DNA of 30,953 nt from Candidatus Thorarchaeota archaeon (GTDB taxonomy: Archaea > Asgardarchaeota > Thorarchaeia > Thorarchaeales > Thorarchaeaceae). This document shows, one piece after another, positions 24,963-30,953 of this stretch. The stretch's first letter is position 1. Each line of letters begins with the position of its first letter. The notes under the pieces are model-generated. The model saw only the letters and a list, made by a program, of their open reading frames with translations. It was not told the origin of the DNA and ran no database searches. The translations under genes were made by a program, and so were the position numbers. The DNA is taken from assembly GCA_016839605.1 (NCBI GenBank), contig JAEOTX010000139.1, forward strand, positions 1 through 30,953. The letters are read 5' to 3'.

Positions 24963-26324
24963 ATGCCTGAAGAGAAACTCACAGTTGAAGAACTGAAGAA
25001 GAAGGCTGAGAAGCCAGGAAAGGACGCTATGATCTTGCATCCTTTCTACAAGGGGAAGATACAGAGTATCGGAAAAGCTCCAGTACGCGACTTTTCTGAT
25101 TTCGCAATTTGGTACACTCCTGGTGTGGCAAAGGCCTGTCTAGCGATTAAGGAAAATGAAGACGCCTCCTATGATATGCTTAACCGTGGCAATATGGTTG
25201 CTGTGGTGAGCGACGGTACAAGAGTACTTGGTCTAGGTGACATTGGACCCTATGCGGCAGGACCGGTGATGGAAGGGAAGGCGATTCTTTTCAAATACTT
25301 GGGAGGCGTGGATGCATGGCCGATATGCCTTGACACAAAGGATGCAGATGAGATCATCAAAACGGTGAAGCTATTGCAGCCTTCGTTCGGGGGTATCAAC
25401 CTAGAGGACATCTCCAAGCCAAAGTGCTACAAGGTCCTAGAGGAGCTTCGAAAAGATCCAGACATCAAGATCCCAATCTGGCATGATGATGCGCAGGGCA
25501 CTGCAACAGTTGTTCTTGCAGGTGTCTTTGGAGGTCTAAACGTTGTCAAGAAGGATATTGAGAATGTCAAAGTCGCATTTCTCGGAGTTGGAGCTGCAAA
25601 TACGAGAACCGCCTATTTGATGATCTCAGCTGGTGTCGATCCGAAGAATATCATTATGGTTGATAGAAAGGGTGCGATATACGCCGATCGTGAAGACATC
25701 GTGGATCAGAAGGACTATGATTCGTTCAAGTACGACCTCGCTCAGAAGACAAATCCCGACAGAATGACTGGAAACCTTGGCGATGTCATCGAAGGCATGG
25801 ATGTGCTAATCAGTGCCTCGACACCCACACCAGGTGCAGTGAAGAAGGAGTGGGTTTCGAAGATGGCATCAGACTCGATTGTCTACGCCTGTGCGAATCC
25901 ATTGCCTGAAATATGGCCGTGGGATGCAAAGGAGGCAGGAGCAAGGATTGTAGGAACTGGTCGAAGCGACTTTGACAACCAGATCAATAACTCACTTGGA
26001 TTCCCAGGCATTTTCAGAGGCACACTAGATGTGATGGCAACAACCATCACGGATGAGATGTGCATTGCTGCCGCGCAGGCGCTGGCTGACCTAGGCGCCA
26101 AGGAAGCCAGTGAGAAGAAGGTCATCCCGACCATGGACCAGTGGGAGTTGTATCCACTAGAAGCAACAGCAGTTGGAATGAAGGCCATGGAACAGGGCAT
26201 CGCCAGGAAGCACTGGGAAGAGAAGGATCTCTACAAGCATGCGGAGAGAATTATCCGGACATCACGTGCGGCATCCGAGATGCTTTACAAAGAAGGCCAT
26301 ATTCCCAAAGCACCCCCAACTTAG
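24963..26324 (+). CDS. NAD(P)-dependent malic enzyme
   Basis: YTPGVA, VSDGTRVLGLGDIG, PVMEGKA, GGINLEDI, WHDDAQGTA, ANPLPEI, GTGRSDFDNQINN. ATG 24963 preferred. Confidence 0.95.
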   Translation: MPEEKLTVEELKKKAEKPGKDAMILHPFYKGKIQSIGKAPVRDFSDFAIWYTPGVAKACLAIKENEDASYDMLNRGNMVAVVSDGTRVLGLGDIGPYAAGPVMEGKAILFKYLGGVDAWPICLDTKDADEIIKTVKLLQPSFGGINLEDISKPKCYKVLEELRKDPDIKIPIWHDDAQGTATVVLAGVFGGLNVVKKDIENVKVAFLGVGAANTRTAYLMISAGVDPKNIIMVDRKGAIYADREDIVDQKDYDSFKYDLAQKTNPDRMTGNLGDVIEGMDVLISASTPTPGAVKKEWVSKMASDSIVYACANPLPEIWPWDAKEAGARIVGTGRSDFDNQINNSLGFPGIFRGTLDVMATTITDEMCIAAAQALADLGAKEASEKKVIPTMDQWELYPLEATAVGMKAMEQGIARKHWEEKDLYKHAERIIRTSRAASEMLYKEGHIPKAPPT

Positions 26325-26334
26325 TCATATTCAC

Positions 26335-26369
26335 GCGGCGGCTATTCCGCCGCAACCTCTCTCTTTTTC
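26335..26369 (+). terminator. GC hairpin plus pyrimidine tract after malic enzyme
   Basis: GCGGCGG-CTATT-CCGCCGC (26335-26353) followed by CTCTCTCTTTTTC. Confidence 0.6.
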
Positions 26370-26447
26370 TAGTCAAAACCGCAGATATCAGCAAGCCTAA
26401 TAATGCGTCGCCATGGCGATGCTTCAGCTTTCAGTCGCGGAGAATGA

Positions 26448-27563
26448 ATGATGTCAACATCCTATGACAAGTGTGTAAGGTGCGGTTCATGCGTCAAGTT
26501 CTGTCCACTCTTTAATGCTGTAGGAGAAGAACAGTATTCTCCCAGAGGGAAGACCTACCTCTTGCAGGTCATGGACCAGATAGAGGATGATCCAGAACTG
26601 GCCAAAGAGTTCAGGCAGTTACTCTTCCAGTGTACACTCTGTGGCAGATGCTCTGAGGTATGTTCCTCTGACGTAGACCTCCTGAAGGTCTGGCATGAGC
26701 AACGAGCAAAGGCTGTTCAGATGGCCCCAGAGGAGTTCGAGTACCTTGATGCACTTAGGGATGCTCTGGCCAACGTGGCAAACATCTACGGACTTGACCC
26801 AGAAGATAGAGCAATCTATTGGCTCGATGAGCTAGAGGATGACATCCCAGGTCTTGAGGACCGAGTCTATGAGAAAGGGAAGACCGCTGACACAATGGTA
26901 TTTCTGGGATGCCTGATGTCATTCCGTGGAAGTCAGATGGATGTGCTAAGATCCCTATTCACCATGTTGGAGGAAGTCGGAGAAGACTATCTCGTGATGG
27001 GAGCAGAAGAGAATTGCTGCGGACACCCCCTCTATCTGATGGGCGATGAGAAAGGAGCTGAAGACCTTCGCAAACACAACAGGTCTGTGATAGAGAATGC
27101 TCAGGCCAAGAAGGTAGTGACTTGCTGCCCTGGTTGCCTAATCCAGCTGAGAGAGCACCACAATCTTAAGAACGCAGAGGCGCTTCACCACACGCAATAC
27201 TTTGACCAGAAGATGGAGACTACGCCCAAATACAACCAGACTAAAGAACTAGCATATCATGATCCTTGTGAGCTTCATAGGATTCTTGGCATAAAGACCG
27301 AGCCAAGGTCCCTCCTGAAGAAGCTAGGTGTAGAGTATCGCGAGATGGAAGCCAGTTGCTGCGGAGGCGGAGGTCTCCTCAGGATGACTGACCCAGGATT
27401 GAGTGATATAATAATTCAGGCTCGGTCAGCTAAGGAGAAGCTTAGGGATACTGTTGTAGTGACAGCATGCCCATCCTGTCGTGAACAGCTGCTTGCAAGT
27501 GAGAACAGGACCAAGGACATCATAGAACTCCTGGCGGATGCGAGTGAAGGAGGCGCAGAGTGA
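26448..27563 (+). CDS. Fe-S oxidoreductase, GlcF/HdrD-like (2x[4Fe-4S] plus two CCG domains)
   Basis: CVRCGSCVKFCP, CTLCGRCSEVC, ENCCGHP, TCCPGC, YHDPC, CCGGGG, TACPSC. Confidence 0.9.
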   Translation: MMSTSYDKCVRCGSCVKFCPLFNAVGEEQYSPRGKTYLLQVMDQIEDDPELAKEFRQLLFQCTLCGRCSEVCSSDVDLLKVWHEQRAKAVQMAPEEFEYLDALRDALANVANIYGLDPEDRAIYWLDELEDDIPGLEDRVYEKGKTADTMVFLGCLMSFRGSQMDVLRSLFTMLEEVGEDYLVMGAEENCCGHPLYLMGDEKGAEDLRKHNRSVIENAQAKKVVTCCPGCLIQLREHHNLKNAEALHHTQYFDQKMETTPKYNQTKELAYHDPCELHRILGIKTEPRSLLKKLGVEYREMEASCCGGGGLLRMTDPGLSDIIIQARSAKEKLRDTVVVTACPSCREQLLASENRTKDIIELLADASEGGAE

Positions 27564-27564
27564 C

Positions 27565-28902
27565 ATGAAGCTGAGAGATATTGCTATCGGAGCAAATGCC
27601 TCCATGTACTATAGGTTGAACTTCAAGAAGATTAGGGGAGTCTACTATCCCAGGACAGAGACCGATGTTCTAGCCGCAATTGCCTTTGCTCGTGACAATG
27701 GGTATGATGTCACACCAAAGGGTGGCGGCTCCGGACTCAGTGGAGCATGCACAGGCGGCGACACAGACCGTATCATGATGAGCAGTCTGCAGATGACAGA
27801 GATGCTTGCTATTTCAAAGGACATAGGCTACGTGGATGTCCAGCCAGGACTGACTCCCGATGAGATCAATGCAGTCCTTGAACCGATGGGAATGAAATTG
27901 TTTGTCGCACCTAGCAGCAGAGATATTGCTACTGTGGGAGGAATCCTGTCAACTGACGGGGGAGGCAATGACACATGGGTCAATGGGACCATGAGGGATA
28001 ATACCATCAAGGTGAGGATGGTCACATATGATGGGCGAAAACTCACAGTGAGTCATGAGGGTGTCAAATCAGACGATCCCGACCTTGAAGCCGAGCTGAC
28101 CAAGAAAGGAATGACCATTCATGATGTGGCAAGTTCTCATGGGACACTTGGATTCATTACCGAGCTTAAGCTAGTCATCCGACCGGTAGTGGGCGAAACA
28201 CTGGTTGGCTCATTAGCGGAGTTCCCGGATTACGATACCCTTGGACAAGCAGTTGATGGGATGATTAAACGCGAGAGTCCTATTCGATATGGAGAAACTA
28301 TTGTGATGGCACACCCTGATGTGCGAGAAGGGTTCAATCCACCATTACTAATCCTTCAGTATCCAGAGGAATATGAGTCAGAGTTGAAGGAGTTCGTCGA
28401 CATCAAGCGACTGGATACAGATGAGTTCGAACGTTTGAAGGACATCAGGATAAAGCTACCAAAGCGTAATCCTATGGAGGGAGTCCAGTTCGCCCTCTTT
28501 GAAGGATATGGCTTTCATGAGGAGAGCCTCAGGAATATGCAGCACACCTTGGATGAGATTGACACTTTGCTGAAGAGCCATGACCTTGTACCCTTCGGGA
28601 AGTATGGACATGCACCAAGCAAGTGGTACCTCGGCGACAACACTGCAGCCTACGGTATTATCATGCACTCCAGAGAAATCAGACCTGAAGGCAAGACTGG
28701 GACTGAGCTCTTGCAGACCGTACTTGACATCGTAGAAAAATGTGATTCTCTCGGTGTAACTCCAAAGCCTGAGCACAAGTGGCCCTTTGATGATGAAGCC
28801 AAGTCATCTCGTCTCAATGAACTGAGAGAGGTCATTGGACCCGGGTTCAATAGCTTCATCTTGGATGAGGCCTGCGATGATGTCCTAAGCTCCATGGTCT
28901 AG
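27565..28902 (+). CDS. FAD-binding oxidoreductase, GlcD / D-lactate dehydrogenase-like
   Basis: PKGGGSGLSGA, ATVGGILSTDGGG, SHGTLGFIT; divergent C-terminal GHA...MH...PEH. Starts 1 nt after the GlcF-like stop. Confidence 0.8.
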   Translation: MKLRDIAIGANASMYYRLNFKKIRGVYYPRTETDVLAAIAFARDNGYDVTPKGGGSGLSGACTGGDTDRIMMSSLQMTEMLAISKDIGYVDVQPGLTPDEINAVLEPMGMKLFVAPSSRDIATVGGILSTDGGGNDTWVNGTMRDNTIKVRMVTYDGRKLTVSHEGVKSDDPDLEAELTKKGMTIHDVASSHGTLGFITELKLVIRPVVGETLVGSLAEFPDYDTLGQAVDGMIKRESPIRYGETIVMAHPDVREGFNPPLLILQYPEEYESELKEFVDIKRLDTDEFERLKDIRIKLPKRNPMEGVQFALFEGYGFHEESLRNMQHTLDEIDTLLKSHDLVPFGKYGHAPSKWYLGDNTAAYGIIMHSREIRPEGKTGTELLQTVLDIVEKCDSLGVTPKPEHKWPFDDEAKSSRLNELREVIGPGFNSFILDEACDDVLSSMV

Positions 28903-28929
28903 CAAAAATGCGGCAGAATACTTTCGGCC

Positions 28930-30117
28930 ATGTCCCTTAGGGGGTTTATATACCCAAATCAAGACGAATCGTTGATAGGAATGGTCCGTCAGAATCGAAG
29001 CCCTAAGGGCTTGTTTGATCCGTACTATGTCCCGGAGAAACTCCTTCATCGAGACCGAGAACTTGACGCGATTAGGGGGATATACCGTGACAGCTACGAG
29101 GAGGACTATGGCGTAAATTGCCTTGTCCATGGAATCACTGGAGTGGGGATGACTGTCTTCTCTCGGTACTTCTTAACAAAACTAACACCACATCATTTTG
29201 ACGCTCACACAGTTTACGTTGATGCACGCAAGAAAGATGTCCTAGAGATTGTTGCGGAGCTGAACGACAAGATACACAGGGAAACTAATACTCCAATCAC
29301 GGTCGCGTTCGATCTTGATGTATTATGGATGCAGTTCAAGAGAATGGCAGCCTCCACTTCAAAGAAGACTGTGTTCGTAGTCGATGGAATCGACGAGACC
29401 AATGAGGAGATATATTCGAAGCTCGCGCATCTATCAAAGGAGATCAGAGCCAGCACAATCGGTGTGTTGAACAGTCACGATTATCGACTGCTCACAAAGG
29501 GCTATGCGACGAAGGTCGCGTATGACTTTGAGATTCCTCTCGACACGTACACTCAGTCCCAGCTCTATGAGATTGTCAGGCAGAGAGTGGAAGATACATT
29601 TCCACTTGGCTTGACGGAGGAGGTTGTTAGGTACATCACTGACTGCGTAATAGAGTTTGATGCAGGAAAGCCGAGGACTTCAGTTGAAGCTCTCAAGGCT
29701 CTCTGGCCTATGGCTTCAAGCGGCCAAGAGATAACATCGGATGCGGTTAGGGCCGCCACCTCGAACATCACTGCTGCGGCTCATGACATGGACTACATGG
29801 ACACAATCGACACGATATCCACAAACGATTTTATGACTCTTCTTGTCCTTGAGAGCCTATCTCAACACCTGATGACTTACAAGACTGAGACCTACATTGA
29901 CAGGAAGACTCTCAATGAGCTTGTCTTGATCAAGTGTGAGGAACTAGGAGTGAAGTTCATTCCTGAGGACATTGAGAAGAGTCTTCAGACGCTAATATTC
30001 CAGAGCATTGTTTTTGAATCGGGATACTCTAGGAACTTGCTCTACCTCATCGCCCCTCCTGAGATACTATATGATTCCTCACTCAGCCTGCGTAGAGAAC
30101 TAGCAAGAAGAAAATGA
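28930..30117 (+). CDS. Cdc6/Orc1-family AAA+ protein with degenerate Walker A and B motifs
   Basis: FDPYYVPEKLLHRDREL is a diagnostic Cdc6 N-terminus; also YTQSQLYEIVRQRV and a C-terminal winged helix. Walker A reads GITGVGMT and Walker B reads VVDGID. Confidence 0.8.
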   Translation: MSLRGFIYPNQDESLIGMVRQNRSPKGLFDPYYVPEKLLHRDRELDAIRGIYRDSYEEDYGVNCLVHGITGVGMTVFSRYFLTKLTPHHFDAHTVYVDARKKDVLEIVAELNDKIHRETNTPITVAFDLDVLWMQFKRMAASTSKKTVFVVDGIDETNEEIYSKLAHLSKEIRASTIGVLNSHDYRLLTKGYATKVAYDFEIPLDTYTQSQLYEIVRQRVEDTFPLGLTEEVVRYITDCVIEFDAGKPRTSVEALKALWPMASSGQEITSDAVRAATSNITAAAHDMDYMDTIDTISTNDFMTLLVLESLSQHLMTYKTETYIDRKTLNELVLIKCEELGVKFIPEDIEKSLQTLIFQSIVFESGYSRNLLYLIAPPEILYDSSLSLRRELARRK

Positions 30118-30124
30118 AGTGATT

Positions 30125-30148
30125 GTGGGCCGGATGTTCCGGCACCAC
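30125..30148. terminator. Hairpin between convergent genes
   Basis: GTGG-GCCGGA-TGT-TCCGGC-(A)-CCAC. Confidence 0.45.
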
Positions 30149-30164
30149 ATATCATTGTGCTTGA

Positions 30165-30590
30165 CTATGCCGCCTTCTTCTCGGCGTAATCCTTCTTGAC
30201 CCATTCCTCGAGACCAGCACCGCCTTCTAGATTACCCATCTCTCCATCGAGATCCTCTGGATCAATCAAAGCAATCCAACCAGTCCCATATGGATCCTCG
30301 TTGAGGAGTCCGGGATTTTCTTTCAGAGCATCATTAACCTCTGCGATGGTCCCGGTCACCGGAGACTTTACCGGACCTGTCCATTTGCCAGATTCGAGAG
30401 TGCCAATGCTGCGGCCAGCCTTGATGGCTTTGCCAGCAGGTCGTAGGCGTACGAACTTAATCTTCCCAGCCAGGTCCATGCCAAAAGTGGTGAATCCGAG
30501 ACGGACCTTTCCGTCCTCTTGCTTCAACCAGATCTGGTCATCAGTGTAGAACAGATCGTCAGGCCACTCAAAACCTTCGTACGTAACCAA
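30165..30590 (-). CDS. gcvH: Glycine cleavage H-protein family lipoyl carrier
   Basis: PDDLFY, GTLESGKWTGPVKSPVTG (lipoyl Lys), NEDPYGTGWI. Confidence 0.88.
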   Translation of the reverse strand: MVTYEGFEWPDDLFYTDDQIWLKQEDGKVRLGFTTFGMDLAGKIKFVRLRPAGKAIKAGRSIGTLESGKWTGPVKSPVTGTIAEVNDALKENPGLLNEDPYGTGWIALIDPEDLDGEMGNLEGGAGLEEWVKKDYAEKKAA

Positions 30591-30681
30591 TAGTAGTCAC
30601 CGCTGCAGGATGTTCCTAGCCCGCTTTTGAGTCTATTGCTTCGTCTAGCAGCCATTGCAGTTGAATATCCACTCAGTGCTC

Positions 30682-30885
30682 TCACTTGTCACCGTTGATT
30701 GCGCGCTTGAATTTGTCAGCCTCATCCGCCTCGACTTCAACAAAGACAGGGCCCGAATAGCCGCACTCCTCATCTGAACAATAGTATGTCTTTGGAACCA
30801 GCCAGCCGCTTACAGAAGTCTTGGCTTCTCGTATCTGGGAACTCCCGCACCGAGGGCACACTCTGATTTTCTGCGTTTTTTCCAT
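30682..30885 (-). CDS. Small Zn-ribbon protein
   Basis: CPRCGS...CSDEECGYSGP; ATG 30885 is preceded by GGAGG. Confidence 0.7.
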   Translation of the reverse strand: MEKTQKIRVCPRCGSSQIREAKTSVSGWLVPKTYYCSDEECGYSGPVFVEVEADEADKFKRAINGDK

Positions 30886-30953
30886 GATTCCTCCCGGCCT
30901 GAGGGCATACATATCGGGGTATGACATTTAAACTGAGTGGCAACTGCACCCGC

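Noticed and set aside
23099-27563. Selenocysteine recoding in the peroxiredoxins or Fe-S protein
   Set aside because: Catalytic positions are ordinary Cys codons, and no in-frame TGA interrupts a conserved domain.
28903-30164. Replication origin (ORB repeats) beside the Cdc6-like gene
   Set aside because: The flanking gaps are only 27 and 47 nt, with no ORB-like G-string repeats or AT-rich unwinding element.
5326-30549. Numerous 60-150 aa ORFs antisense to or nested in the main genes
   Set aside because: They overlap well-supported CDSs and have no motifs, so I treated them as shadow ORFs.

Overview
Gene-dense archaeal window. Gene content and style suggest an Asgard archaeon, possibly Thorarchaeia (inference from RFC, Cdc6/Orc1, RIO kinases, DUF2240 and membrane wHTH/Zn-ribbon proteins; no phylogeny was run). 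I found no rRNA, tRNA, CRISPR or mobile element. The main candidate for an undescribed system is at 1504-6438. A PqqD/RRE-radical SAM-SPASM enzyme is transcribed divergently from a gene run encoding a 719-aa single-pass membrane protein. That protein's predicted cytoplasmic C-terminus is a 43-residue Cys/His repeat ((CHSA)n, 11 Cys, 9 His) with ranthipeptide-like Cys spacing, which suggests RiPP-type chemistry on a membrane-protein tail. A second candidate is an XPB helicase with an N-terminal clutch-type domain, lying near a p52/Tfb2-like protein and an atypical RFC small subunit. Also present: tandem RIO kinases, three divergent paralogous 4-TM proteins, tandem BCP peroxiredoxins, a malic enzyme followed by GlcF/GlcD-like genes, a Cdc6/Orc1 paralogue with degenerate Walker motifs, and GcvH. 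All family calls come from reading motifs by eye; no database searches were run.
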